Part shown: positions 9,428 to 19,003 of the stretch, piece by piece
Layout: each line of letters starts with the position of its first letter
Position numbering within the stretch: the stretch's first letter is position 1
DNA from: Phyllobacteriaceae bacterium
GTDB taxonomy: Bacteria; Pseudomonadota; Alphaproteobacteria; Rhizobiales; Rhizobiaceae
NCBI GenBank assembly: GCA_024645155.1
Contig: JAHEGF010000002.1
Span: forward strand, 1 to 43,013
Length of the DNA stretch: 43,013 bases
Direction of reading: 5' to 3'
Made by a program: the position numbers and the translations under genes
The notes under the pieces: model-generated
Databases searched by the model: none
The model's input: the letters and a program-made list of their open reading frames with translations, nothing else
Told to the model about the DNA's origin: nothing

Positions 9428-10084
9428 CTATTTTGGCTGCTTGGTTTTTCGAAGATAGGGCAGAACCCGTTCGAAACTGCCGAAGCGTTTTTCTGCATCC
9501 TCATCGGAGACGGCAGCCGTCACAATGACATCTTCGCCCTGCTTCCACTGGGCCGGCGTCGCGACCTGATATTTGGCGGTCAACTGGATGGAATCGATGG
9601 CGCGGAGAATTTCATCGAAATTACGGCCCGTGGTCATTGGATAGGTCAGGGTCAGTTTGACCTTCTTATCCGGCCCGATCACGAAGACTGAGCGAACCGT
9701 CTGGTTGTCGGCGGGCGTGCGGCCTTCGGCGCTGTCGCCTGCCTCGGCAGGCAGCATGTCATAGAGTTTGGCAACCTTGAGGTCCTTGTCGGCAATCAGC
9801 GGATAGTCGACATCGTGGCCGGTCGCGGTCTTGATGTCTTCCTTCCACCTGACATGGCTTTCCACCGGATCAACCGAAATGCCGATGATCTTGGCATTGC
9901 GTTTTTCGAACTCACCCATCAGCCCGGCCATGTAACCGAGCTCTGTCGTGCAGACCGGGGTAAAGTCTTTGGGATGCGAAAACAGGATCGCATAACCATC
10001 ACCGATCCAATCGTGAAAACTGATATCGCCATGGGTTGTTTCGGCGGTAAAATCGGGTGCGGTATCGTTGATACGCAGGCTCAT
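9428..10084 (-). CDS. Peroxiredoxin (1-Cys / Prx6-like)
   Basis: Contains FSHPKDFTPVCTTE with the peroxidatic Cys. The ATG at 10084 has an AGGGAG RBS 8 nt upstream. Confidence 0.85.
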   Translation of the reverse strand: MSLRINDTAPDFTAETTHGDISFHDWIGDGYAILFSHPKDFTPVCTTELGYMAGLMGEFEKRNAKIIGISVDPVESHVRWKEDIKTATGHDVDYPLIADKDLKVAKLYDMLPAEAGDSAEGRTPADNQTVRSVFVIGPDKKVKLTLTYPMTTGRNFDEILRAIDSIQLTAKYQVATPAQWKQGEDVIVTAAVSDEDAEKRFGSFERVLPYLRKTKQPK

Positions 10085-10158
10085 GATGCATACTCCCTGA
10101 TTTGCAAGGTTTGCGGCCAACCGGCAAGAGCAACGTGCTGCTCATTCCTTTGTGTACG

Positions 10159-10812
10159 CTAGCCGGTAAAAAAGACCAAAACCGGGACGGGTGCAACAGC
10201 GATTGCAACCGAAACCAGAAACCCGGGGAATGAAAACAATCGGCAAAAACCGGCAACCAGGCAAATGCCGCCGCCGCCGCCTACCACTGCGTTTCCAGGA
10301 ATATTTAAAGCGATCATCACCGCCAGAAACCGGTATCGGACAAGGTAAGGCGTAATTCGATATGAAGAATTTTGAAGAATAAAATCCAGCCGTTCCTCAG
10401 TGGAGAGCGTTTGCAGGTTTTTCAGGAGTGACGCGGTCCGGTTTAGCCGCACCGTTTCGAAAGCGCGAATAATCGTTTGCTGGGGAACCAGGCGGCCGGT
10501 CAGGAAGGCGAGCGACAATGCTAGCACCGTGGCACCGTAGACCAGGGGCGCGATATTTGGCCCAAAAGTCGCCATCATCCCCAAGCCGATCTCGACGCCT
10601 GGCACAAATGGCAACGTCATCAGCACAACATAGACTGATATCGCAATCATGATCAGGCGGTGAAGCGCCGGTTCGGTGCTTGGAGTCAAATGCAGCGAGA
10701 GTTGTCCCAGGACCCAATTGCCGGCATATTTTGCGGCAATCAACACGGCAATCAGCAAGGCCATTTTCCATGCGATGCCAAAGAGCGAATGCAGTTTTAC
10801 CGGAGAAGCCAT
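10159..10812 (-). CDS. Polytopic membrane protein of unknown function
   Basis: 217-aa ORF with several hydrophobic segments and normal codon usage. I recognise no motif. The start is uncertain because there is no clear RBS. Confidence 0.55.
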   Translation of the reverse strand: MASPVKLHSLFGIAWKMALLIAVLIAAKYAGNWVLGQLSLHLTPSTEPALHRLIMIAISVYVVLMTLPFVPGVEIGLGMMATFGPNIAPLVYGATVLALSLAFLTGRLVPQQTIIRAFETVRLNRTASLLKNLQTLSTEERLDFILQNSSYRITPYLVRYRFLAVMIALNIPGNAVVGGGGGICLVAGFCRLFSFPGFLVSVAIAVAPVPVLVFFTG

Positions 10813-10856
10813 TAATTCATGCAGCCATTACCGGTCAGAGAGGTCCCGAACGGTTT

Positions 10857-11345
10857 TCACTTCACTTCGCCGCGGATATTGTGCTCGACGTCGATAGTCC
10901 AGTACCAGCGCTTTCGGGTCCAGCGCATCGTACCTTCAAGTTTGCCGTCGCGGACCGTGCCCTGCCACACCATCTTGCCATCAGTCGGACTTGAAAGCTC
11001 CGCCAGGAAATGAATTTGCTCGCTATCCTGCCGGATCCAGTAAGGTGCCGACGAGAAATTGTATCGCTCGCAAATCGCGGAAGAAAATTCCCCGTCCTTG
11101 AATACAAGGGTGTCGCCAAGAGGCGCATTGCCACTGTCAGCTTCGCTGGAGCGAATGATGCCGGCACTGAACTGAAGTCCGTCCAGTGACTGTGCGGGGG
11201 TAGTAACGGGATTTGTCCCGTTGGTTTGTGCGTTGTCCTGGCCGAGCGCCGATTGCGGTCCAGCCAGTCCAGCGCCGAGGAAAAGTGCCACCGTTAACAG
11301 CCACAGGGCACAATACATGCCTTTGCTGTCAAGAACCGGCTTCAT
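10857..11345 (-). CDS. Secreted/periplasmic protein of unknown function
   Basis: Has an N-terminal signal-peptide-like segment (LWLLTVALFLGAGLAGPQSALG) and a GGGAGG RBS 5 nt upstream of the ATG. Confidence 0.6.
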   Translation of the reverse strand: MKPVLDSKGMYCALWLLTVALFLGAGLAGPQSALGQDNAQTNGTNPVTTPAQSLDGLQFSAGIIRSSEADSGNAPLGDTLVFKDGEFSSAICERYNFSSAPYWIRQDSEQIHFLAELSSPTDGKMVWQGTVRDGKLEGTMRWTRKRWYWTIDVEHNIRGEVK

Positions 11346-11484
11346 CCAGACCTCCCGTAATTATCAAACAGGTATATCCGCTAATGTATTCGTCCGGCAA
11401 TCATCGGCAGCCAAATACTATAGTGTTTGCGAAATAAACGCGATTGAAGACTTGGTATTTCCGTTTTGTGTTTATCCGGCAGCG

Positions 11485-13083
11485 TCACGCCGCTGCCTTG
11501 TCCTTGAACTGCTGGTAGTCCTTGATAGCGGTAAAGCGGATCGCCTTCCAGCGTTCGGCCTCGTAGTTCAGCGAAAAGGTGTTTTGCGCCAAAAACACCG
11601 GATCTCCGTCGAGGTCGCGTGCAATGTCGGCACGGTGAGCGTTGGAGAACCTCTCCACCTCGGTGTGTTCGTCCGCTGATATCCAGCGGCACACGGAAAA
11701 CCGCGCCAGTTCGAAATCGACCGGCAGGCCGTATTCCTGCGCCAGCCGCTCCTTGAGTACATCCAGTTGCAAGGCGCCGACGACGCCGACGATCGCCGGT
11801 GAGCCGTCTTCGGGCTGAAACAGTTGCACCACGCCTTCCTCGGCCATCTGCAGTAGCGCTTCCTTCAGCTTCTTGGCCTTCATGGCATCGCCGAGCTTGA
11901 CGCGGCGCAAGATTTCCGGCGCGAAATTGGGAACGCCGCGAAACAGGATGTCCTCCCCCTCGGTCAGCGTATCACCAATGCGCAGCAGGCCGTGATTTGG
12001 AATACCGACGACGTCGCCGGCATAGGCCTCGTCGGCGATCTGGCGTTGATGGGCAAAAAAGAACTGCGGTGCCGAAAGGCTCATTTGCTTGCCGGTGCGC
12101 ACCAGTTTGACTTTCATTCCGCGCGCCAGCTTGCCCGAGCAAATGCGGGCAAAGGCGATACGGTCACGGTGGTTGGGATCCATGTTTGCCTGGATCTTGA
12201 AGACAAACGCGCTCATTGCCGGTTCCGTCGCCGTCACCATGCGGCTGTCGGCTTCCTGTGCGCGCGGCGCCGGACCAAATTCGCTCAGCGCCTCGATCAG
12301 GTCGCGGACGCCAAAATTTTTCAGGGCTGAACCGAAGTAAACCGGCGTCAAGTGACCTTCACGAAACGCCTGTTCGTCGAATGGTTTGCAAGCCTCGCGC
12401 GCCAGGTTTACTTCCTCGATAAAACTCTCGCGTTCGTTTTCAGGCAATTTGCCAGCTGCGCTATCTGCTTCTGGACCGTTGACCGGTGTGCGGACCAACT
12501 CCGAATCCGAGCCGCGTATCGTGTTGGACGCCAGGTCATAGGTGCCGCAAAACGTCTTCGAGCGGCCAATCGGCCAATTGACGGGCGCAGTATCGAGTGC
12601 CAGTTTTTCCTCTACCTCGTCAAGGATTTCGAAGGGATCACGGCTTTCCCGGTCCATCTTGTTGATGAAGGTGATGATCGGTATGTCGCGCAAACGGCAG
12701 ACCTCGAACAGCTTCAGGGTGCGCGGTTCGATGCCTTTGGCGGCGTCGATCACCATGACCGCCGAATCGACCGCCGACAATGTTCGGTAGGTATCGTCGG
12801 CAAAGTCCTCGTGTCCTGGTGTATCGAGCAGGTTGAAGACATGGTCGCCATACTCGAAAGTCATCACCGAGGTGACGACCGATATGCCGCGTTCGCGTTC
12901 GATCTTCATCCAGTCGGACCGCGACTGGATGCGGTTCTTCTTGGCCTTGACCTCACCGGCAAGCTGGATCGCGCCGCCAAACAGCAGCAGCTTTTCGGTC
13001 AGGGTGGTCTTGCCTGCATCTGGGTGGGCAATGATCGCAAAAGTGCGCCGCCGCGCCACCGCTTTTTTCAATGTCTCGGACAT
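11485..13083 (-). CDS. prfC: Peptide chain release factor 3
   Basis: 532 aa with the translational GTPase motifs AHPDAGKTT, DTPGH and NKMD. Length and N-terminus are typical of RF3. Confidence 0.95.
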   Translation of the reverse strand: MSETLKKAVARRRTFAIIAHPDAGKTTLTEKLLLFGGAIQLAGEVKAKKNRIQSRSDWMKIERERGISVVTSVMTFEYGDHVFNLLDTPGHEDFADDTYRTLSAVDSAVMVIDAAKGIEPRTLKLFEVCRLRDIPIITFINKMDRESRDPFEILDEVEEKLALDTAPVNWPIGRSKTFCGTYDLASNTIRGSDSELVRTPVNGPEADSAAGKLPENERESFIEEVNLAREACKPFDEQAFREGHLTPVYFGSALKNFGVRDLIEALSEFGPAPRAQEADSRMVTATEPAMSAFVFKIQANMDPNHRDRIAFARICSGKLARGMKVKLVRTGKQMSLSAPQFFFAHQRQIADEAYAGDVVGIPNHGLLRIGDTLTEGEDILFRGVPNFAPEILRRVKLGDAMKAKKLKEALLQMAEEGVVQLFQPEDGSPAIVGVVGALQLDVLKERLAQEYGLPVDFELARFSVCRWISADEHTEVERFSNAHRADIARDLDGDPVFLAQNTFSLNYEAERWKAIRFTAIKDYQQFKDKAAA

Positions 13084-13346
13084 GGCTGGAATTCCGCAAA
13101 TGAGTTGCGCGGGTTCTAAAGCAATTCCGGTAAAAGGGGAAACCGGTTTTCGGGCGGAAATGCGAAAAGATAAAAACGCTTCTGCCGGTTACCCTGACGG
13201 AAATGCCAAGAAACGAATTTTTCCGACAGATATACCTGATTGCGCTACACGGATGATTGATAACAGGAATAGGCATCGCACCTTTCAATGCAAACGGAGT
13301 TTCATTACAGAAAGTACTTTAACGTGACTATCCAAATGGAACCCCG

Positions 13347-13610
13347 ATGCTCCGTACTTCGCAGTCACCTGCCGAACCGACTTTGCTGCACATGGCGTTT
13401 GGCGGCGGGACACCTGTACGGGCGCTGGCGACAGCTGCGGTCGTTGGTACAGTGCTTACCGCGATAAACCATGGCGATGTTGTTGTTGCCGGTGATTTCC
13501 CGCCGTTCATCAAGGTTGTCCTGACCTATTGCGTGCCCTATTGCGTGACGACATGGGGTGCTATCATCGGCAAGCGTGCGCAATGGCGGCAAGATCAATC
13601 CATGCTGTAG
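13347..13610 (+). CDS. Small two-TM membrane protein, NrtS-like (putative nitrate/nitrite transporter family)
   Basis: The block AAVVGTVLTAINHGD....LTYCVPYCVTTWGA matches my memory of the NrtS family. The assignment is memory-based. An alternative start is the ATG at 13392. Confidence 0.5.
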   Translation: MLRTSQSPAEPTLLHMAFGGGTPVRALATAAVVGTVLTAINHGDVVVAGDFPPFIKVVLTYCVPYCVTTWGAIIGKRAQWRQDQSML

Positions 13611-13632
13611 CGCCCATCTGGGGGAGCCAGAC

Positions 13633-14934
13633 ATGCAGATTGAGGATTTTTTCAACAGGCAAAACATTATCGACCTGTCATTCTTCAATTTCGGCAATGC
13701 GATCACAGCGGCATATTTCGCTGATCACGACTTGCGCATTCTCAAGGTAAACGAGAATTTCAAGAAATTCTTTCCGGTTCTGGGGAATGTCACAAATGCC
13801 AGTTTTCCCGACGTGCTCGAGCAGATCGGAATGCCTGCGAAGCAGATTGCGTCATTCGTTACCGATCTTGAAACCAAGGGCTCCGTTCTGATACCGCAAT
13901 TGCAAATCCGCATTGACGGACAGGACCGTGTGTTTTCACTTCTGTCCACACGCACCGGTCACGATGCCTTTACATATCTAAACGGTGTGCAAGGGCAGTT
14001 TGTCGACCGAACCGAAGAGTGGACCTTGAGGCGTGAGCGAGAAGAGCTGGTAAAGCAGAAACTGCGTGATCGTGAACTGATCGAGGAAAAGAGCAGGCAA
14101 CTGGAGAATCTCGCGACACGGCTCGCGAAATATCTTTCGCCGCAGATTTACCAGAGCATTTTTTCCAATACCGAAGATGAGCGCCGGTCACCGACGCGCA
14201 AGAATTTGACGGTGTTCATGTCCGACATCGTGCAGTTTACGAACCTGACCGAAGCTCTCGATCCCGAACGCCTTGCCCTGATCATCAATTCCTACCTGTC
14301 GGAGATGGCGGCGGTTGCGCTTGATTGCGGCGGGACCATCGACAAGTTCATCGGTGATGCAGTGCTGGTGTTCTTCGGCGACCCGGAAAGCGAGGGCGAA
14401 ACAGAGGACGCCCTGAAATGTATCGAGATGGCGCTCCGCATGCGGTTGCGGATCGAGGAATTGCAGAAATACTGGCGCAAGCAGGGTGTCTCCGACGGAC
14501 TGTTCGTGCGCATGGGCATTTCAACGGGCTATTGCACGGTCGGCAATTTTGGTTCCGAACAATTGCTGGAGTATACCGCGCTTGGCCGTCCGGTGAACCT
14601 TGCCTCGCGTATCCAGGACCTTGCCGAGCCCGGAGCGATCGTCATCGACGACAGTACCAACACGCTGGTATCCGAGCACGTCGAAACGACGCCATTGCCT
14701 CCGCTAACACCGAAAGGTTTTTCTCGCCCGGTTCCGGTTTTTGCCGTCAGCGACTTCAAGTCCGACGAACATCGTGAAAACCGCCAACGGCTGTCACGCA
14801 CCGGCGAACACGTTGAAGTCAACGTCATCAACAGTTCCAACATTCGCGCTGCCATTGAAGAACTGCTGCGTATCCAGCAGGATTTCGAGAAACAATATTC
14901 CGGCGTGCAATCACGGGATACCGGCGACAGCTAG
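13633..14934 (+). CDS. Sensor class III adenylate/guanylate cyclase with N-terminal PAS-like domain and coiled coil
   Basis: Cyclase motifs FMSDIVQFT, DKFIGDA, FFGDPES, GYCTVGNFGS and VNLASR. The ATG at 13633 is preceded by GGGGAG. The ORF-track start at 13558 overlaps the upstream gene. Confidence 0.85.
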   Translation: MQIEDFFNRQNIIDLSFFNFGNAITAAYFADHDLRILKVNENFKKFFPVLGNVTNASFPDVLEQIGMPAKQIASFVTDLETKGSVLIPQLQIRIDGQDRVFSLLSTRTGHDAFTYLNGVQGQFVDRTEEWTLRREREELVKQKLRDRELIEEKSRQLENLATRLAKYLSPQIYQSIFSNTEDERRSPTRKNLTVFMSDIVQFTNLTEALDPERLALIINSYLSEMAAVALDCGGTIDKFIGDAVLVFFGDPESEGETEDALKCIEMALRMRLRIEELQKYWRKQGVSDGLFVRMGISTGYCTVGNFGSEQLLEYTALGRPVNLASRIQDLAEPGAIVIDDSTNTLVSEHVETTPLPPLTPKGFSRPVPVFAVSDFKSDEHRENRQRLSRTGEHVEVNVINSSNIRAAIEELLRIQQDFEKQYSGVQSRDTGDS

Positions 14935-15003
14935 GGTTTCGAGCGCTTCGACCTATATCTGCGGATGTTTGGAACATACGGACAATTGCGGCTGCCCACA
15001 TGG

Positions 15004-16434
15004 TCAGCGCTCAAGTTTTGCCAGTGCACTCCTGAGCGCGTTCTTCGTTTTGCGCCAATCCGCGTGTTCCGTGTGGATTGATATGATCACGCCTTCGTCT
15101 TCGTGGTGGAAATAACCTTCATCGCGGTCAATATCATCGAGTGTACCGATAACCTGAAAGACCCTGATTGGCTGCGAAAACCCTTTCATCGCGACGGCTT
15201 CCTGTTCCTGTGCAAACAACCAATCCTTTACCAATGAGTAGGTCTCGGCAGACATCAGGATACCGCCTGGCTCGGCGTGCGATTCCAGTCTTGCAGCAAG
15301 ATTCACCTCATGCCCGATGATGGTGTAATCCATCCGGTCCTGGCTGCCGAAGTTTCCCACGGTGCAGTAGCCGGTATTGATCCCCATTCGCGCCAGAAAC
15401 GGGCGATCGATCCATCCGGCATCCTGCCAGACTGCCTGTAGCTGATGCAGCCGCTCCTGCATTGCCAGCGCCATGCGAACACACGCTTCGGCGTCTTCTT
15501 TCACGCCGGGACTTTCGGGGTCGCCAAAAAAGCACATGATTGCATCGCCTATGAACTTGTCGAAAGTGGCTCCGTATTCTTCGGCAATTGCAGACATCTC
15601 CCGGAGGTATTCGTTGAGCAGTGCCGTCAGTTCCTCTGACTCCAGCTGTTCGGTTATTTGTGCAAAGCCGACGATGTCAGAAAAGAATATTGTCAGTTTT
15701 TTCCGCTTTGACTCAATGGCCACATTTTTTTCGTCATCGATAATCGACTGGTAAAGTTGCGGTGGAACATATTTTGCCAGTTGGTGAGATATGTTTTCGA
15801 CAACGGTTTTGGAGTTGCGGAGTTCGTTGACCAGACGGGTATTGTCGATGGCGATCACGGCCTGCGCAGCGAATGTCCGTAATACCGATAGCTGTGCTTT
15901 TGTCAGCGGCCCCGGAGTCTGCCGAATTACTCCAAGCACGCCGATTGCCTTGCCGTCGCGCAGCATCGGCATCATCGTCACGGCGCGGTAACCACTGAGC
16001 AGGAAATTCTTCGCCCCCGTACTGTTCCTGCTGGGGGAGTTGGCTACATCCGGAATATCGATTTCGGTTCCTTCCAAAATGGCCATGCCGTGCATGTATT
16101 CGCGATTTAGCGGAAACGGGAAGCGCCTGCGCCAGGCATCGGCCCGTATCGGGTCCTCATCGGCAACGGCAACGGCGTCAACGATGTCGCCCATCGGCAG
16201 AGCCACACTGATTGCGGCACCTGGAAACAATTTCGAACCGCTGCGAACTATCGCATCGAAGACCGGTTGTGTATCACTTGGGGAACTGCTGATGACATGA
16301 AGAATTTCATTTGTTGCAGATTGGCGATCAAGCGCTTCGCGCAGTTCGCGTTTTACCATATCCAGTTCGGCACCGGGTTCAGAGCCACCGCCGCTGTGGT
16401 CAGTTTTCGCACGCTTTTTCCGGTCTCGGGTCAT
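15004..16434 (-). CDS. Sensor class III adenylate/guanylate cyclase with N-terminal GAF-like domain
   Basis: Cyclase motifs FFSDIVGFA, DKFIGDA, FFGDPES, GYCTVGNFGS and VNLAARL. The N-terminal block QSATNEILHVISSSPSDTQPVFDAIV is typical of GAF sensor modules. The ATG at 16434 is preceded by GGAGGTG. The ORF extends to 16572. Confidence 0.85.
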   Translation of the reverse strand: MTRDRKKRAKTDHSGGGSEPGAELDMVKRELREALDRQSATNEILHVISSSPSDTQPVFDAIVRSGSKLFPGAAISVALPMGDIVDAVAVADEDPIRADAWRRRFPFPLNREYMHGMAILEGTEIDIPDVANSPSRNSTGAKNFLLSGYRAVTMMPMLRDGKAIGVLGVIRQTPGPLTKAQLSVLRTFAAQAVIAIDNTRLVNELRNSKTVVENISHQLAKYVPPQLYQSIIDDEKNVAIESKRKKLTIFFSDIVGFAQITEQLESEELTALLNEYLREMSAIAEEYGATFDKFIGDAIMCFFGDPESPGVKEDAEACVRMALAMQERLHQLQAVWQDAGWIDRPFLARMGINTGYCTVGNFGSQDRMDYTIIGHEVNLAARLESHAEPGGILMSAETYSLVKDWLFAQEQEAVAMKGFSQPIRVFQVIGTLDDIDRDEGYFHHEDEGVIISIHTEHADWRKTKNALRSALAKLER

Positions 16435-16662
16435 GTCACCTCCGGCGTCATCCTTCACCTTTCCATATTTTCGGGATGCTTCCAAATGACCGCAAAGCTT
16501 CTGATCAAGCGTCCATTTGGCCGCAACTGTTTTCGGCAGGTGAAATTTCATCACGAATATGCTGACTGCCATCTGATGGATGGTAGTTGCAGTCCAAACT
16601 GCCGTTCAAGAACCGTCACCCGAACTTCCCAGTCCGGAGCCTGCGTTACCGTGCATGTCTTG

Positions 16663-17463
16663 TTACGGATTGATTGCCTTGACCGCCAGGGCACGTGCCA
16701 TCATTTTTATCGGTTCTGCGGTCCCGACATTATTTCTGAGCACATTCTGGAGCTTGTCCTGCTGCGATTTGTCGAGGCTGATATAATAGCCTGGTGCCGG
16801 CCCTGTGCCCAAGGTGAAGGGGTGCAAGAAATCAGCAAATGTATCAAACACAGTAGGTATCTCGATATTGGTGATTTCGACACTTGAAAATCCCGCGTCA
16901 GTACACAACTTCATCAGCCCGTCTGACGTACAGTCGGGAAACCGGGCAGCTTCATCGAGTTGAATTGACTTCTCGTCAATTTCTGCCGCTGCTTTCCAGA
17001 ACTTGTCAATAAATCCGACACCGCCCGACGGATAGTTCCAGACATAAAAGGAGATGACGCCGCCCGGACGCGTAACACGATTCATCTCGGCAAATGCCTG
17101 ACGTTTGTCGGAAACGAAATTCAAAACGAGAGCCGAAGTGGTGACATCAACCGCATTGGCCGGGAGGGGCAGATGTTCAGCGTCAGCGACCTCGAACTTT
17201 GCACGGTGATCCCCTATCGTGTTCCTTGCGTGATCCGCAAATCCTTCTGATGGTTCTATCGCGAACAGTGATCGGGGTGCACAGTTATCCAAAATCGTGC
17301 GCGACAATGCGCCGGTTCCGCAGCCGATTTCCAGCCAGTCGCAGTTTCGCGGAGCGTCCAGCCACCCGAGAAATTCGAGAGCGATCTTATGGCTCCAACG
17401 ACCCATGTAGTGTTCGTAATTGTCGCTGGCACTCCATGCGTCGTGTTTGTTGGTATCGCTCAT
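16663..17463 (-). CDS. Class I SAM-dependent methyltransferase
   Basis: Motif I WLEIGCGTGALS. The ATG at 17463 gives MSDTNKHDAW.... The 58 extra codons of the ORF-track model are Cys/Arg-rich and look non-coding. Confidence 0.75.
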   Translation of the reverse strand: MSDTNKHDAWSASDNYEHYMGRWSHKIALEFLGWLDAPRNCDWLEIGCGTGALSRTILDNCAPRSLFAIEPSEGFADHARNTIGDHRAKFEVADAEHLPLPANAVDVTTSALVLNFVSDKRQAFAEMNRVTRPGGVISFYVWNYPSGGVGFIDKFWKAAAEIDEKSIQLDEAARFPDCTSDGLMKLCTDAGFSSVEITNIEIPTVFDTFADFLHPFTLGTGPAPGYYISLDKSQQDKLQNVLRNNVGTAEPIKMMARALAVKAINP

Positions 17464-17540
17464 TATCAGTTTCCTCGATACGTTTTCGCAGGAGCATTTT
17501 TTCGAGCAGCAAGCTGCACAACTTTCCGGAAACTTACAAG

Positions 17541-17555
17541 ATGAACGCTGTTCAT
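17541..17555. promoter_or_regulatory. Perfect inverted repeat ATGAAC-gct-GTTCAT in the methyltransferase/pncB divergent intergenic region
   Basis: Read directly. It lies 139 nt upstream of the pncB ATG and 78 nt upstream of the methyltransferase ATG. Confidence 0.3.
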
Positions 17556-17693
17556 CGCCTGAAGCATTTTGACCCCTCTGTCGTTCCCGGTTTGTGCCTT
17601 GTTCGATGTTGCCGCAGCGAGGGACATCCCTTCCCATTGTGCGTCACCTCCGTTAAGTATCAGCACAACCCCTGACAGCCGACGGATAAAAAC

Positions 17694-19001
17694 ATGGCCC
17701 GCATTCTCGATATCGCCAAACGGGTCCATGACCATACCTGGAAGCTCGATCCGATCGTGCGCTCACTGCTCGACACGGATTTCTATAAGCTGCTGATGCT
17801 GCAGATGATCTGGAAAATGCATCGCGATGTACGTGTCACGTTTTCGCTGATCAACCGCAATCCGAAAGTGCGTTTGGCAGACGAGATCGATGTCGGCGAA
17901 TTGCGGGAACAGCTTGACAATGCGCGCACGGTAGGGCTGTCGAAGAAGGAACTCATCTGGCTGGCGGGTAACTCGTTTTACGGCAGCAAGCAGATATTCG
18001 AGCCGGAATTCCTCGCCTGGTTTACCGACTTCAGCCTGCCGGGCTACGATCTTTCCGTGCGTGACGGACAATTCGAGCTGGAGTTTGATGCGCCGTGGAC
18101 TGACGCCATGATGTGGGAGATTCCGGCGCTCGCCATCATCAACGAGTTGCGGTCACGTGCGGCTGTGCGTTCGCTCGGGCCATTTGCACTCGACGTGCTT
18201 TATGCTCGCGCCAAAGCCAAGATGTGGGGCAAGGTGGAGAGCCTCAAACAACTCGAGGGTTTGCGGCTGTCGGATTTCGGGACGCGCCGGCGCCATTCGT
18301 TTCTGTGGCAACGCTGGTGCGTGCAGGCGCTGGCGGAAGGAATTCCCGGTGCCTTTACAGGCACGTCAAATGTATTGCTCGCCATGGACAATGACCTGGA
18401 AGCTGTCGGCACCAATGCGCACGAATTGCCGATGGTGTACGCGGCGCTTGCCGATAGCGAGGACGCGATCCGGGCAGCGCCTTACAAGGTGCTCGAAGAC
18501 TGGAACAAGCTTTATGGCGGTAACCTGCTTATCGTGCTGCCAGACACTTTCGGAACGGCGGCGTTTTTGCGGGATGCACCGGACTGGGTCGCTGACTGGA
18601 CCGGCTTCCGGCCTGATTCCGCACCGCCGGTCGAGGGCGGCGAACGGATCATCGAGTGGTGGAAATCGCGTGGCAGAAACCCGAAAGAAAAGCTGCTGAT
18701 CTTTTCCGACGGGCTTGATACCGGCACCATCACCAAGACGTTCCACCATTTCAACGGCCGTGTGCGCATGGCCTTTGGCTGGGGCACGAACCTGACCAAT
18801 GATTTTCGTGATTGTGCTCCGCAGGCCAATGATCAGTTGCAGGCGATATCCCTGGTCTGCAAGGTGACTTCGGCCAATGGCCGACCGGCGGTCAAACTGT
18901 CGGATAATCCGCGCAAGGCTACCGGTGATGGCGATGTAGTCCGGCGCTATCTGGAAATCTTCGGCTCCGAGGAAAGGGTCGAACGCAAGGTCGTGGTCTG
19001 A
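17694..19001 (+). CDS. pncB: Nicotinate phosphoribosyltransferase
   Basis: 435 aa with the N-terminal [11 protein letters not shown] motif and SDFGTRRR and GTSN blocks typical of PncB. Confidence 0.95.
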   Translation: MARILDIAKRVHDHTWKLDPIVRSLLDTDFYKLLMLQMIWKMHRDVRVTFSLINRNPKVRLADEIDVGELREQLDNARTVGLSKKELIWLAGNSFYGSKQIFEPEFLAWFTDFSLPGYDLSVRDGQFELEFDAPWTDAMMWEIPALAIINELRSRAAVRSLGPFALDVLYARAKAKMWGKVESLKQLEGLRLSDFGTRRRHSFLWQRWCVQALAEGIPGAFTGTSNVLLAMDNDLEAVGTNAHELPMVYAALADSEDAIRAAPYKVLEDWNKLYGGNLLIVLPDTFGTAAFLRDAPDWVADWTGFRPDSAPPVEGGERIIEWWKSRGRNPKEKLLIFSDGLDTGTITKTFHHFNGRVRMAFGWGTNLTNDFRDCAPQANDQLQAISLVCKVTSANGRPAVKLSDNPRKATGDGDVVRRYLEIFGSEERVERKVVV

Positions 19002-19003
19002 AG

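Noticed and set aside
10266-10280. (GCC)5 trinucleotide repeat inside the membrane protein gene (encodes GGGGG)
   Set aside because: It is short and in-frame, so slippage would only add or remove a glycine. There is no evidence for phase variation.
12352-13119. 255-aa plus-strand ORF inside prfC
   Set aside because: It is antisense to an unambiguous RF3 gene and has no recognisable domain.
13633-16434. The idea that the cyclases belong to a Pycsar/CBASS-like antiphage signalling system
   Set aside because: Both proteins have PAS or GAF sensor domains and a coiled coil typical of housekeeping signalling cyclases. No adjacent effector with a cNMP-binding, TIR, nuclease or pore-forming domain is present.
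16435-17637. N-terminal extensions of ORF-track models (GAF-cyclase to 16572, methyltransferase to 17637, helicase from 33977, Lrp from 22202, PAS-cyclase from 13558)
   Set aside because: Internal ATGs with good Shine-Dalgarno sequences give N-termini typical of the families. The extended segments are Arg/Cys-rich or overlap neighbouring genes. The true starts remain uncertain without experimental data.
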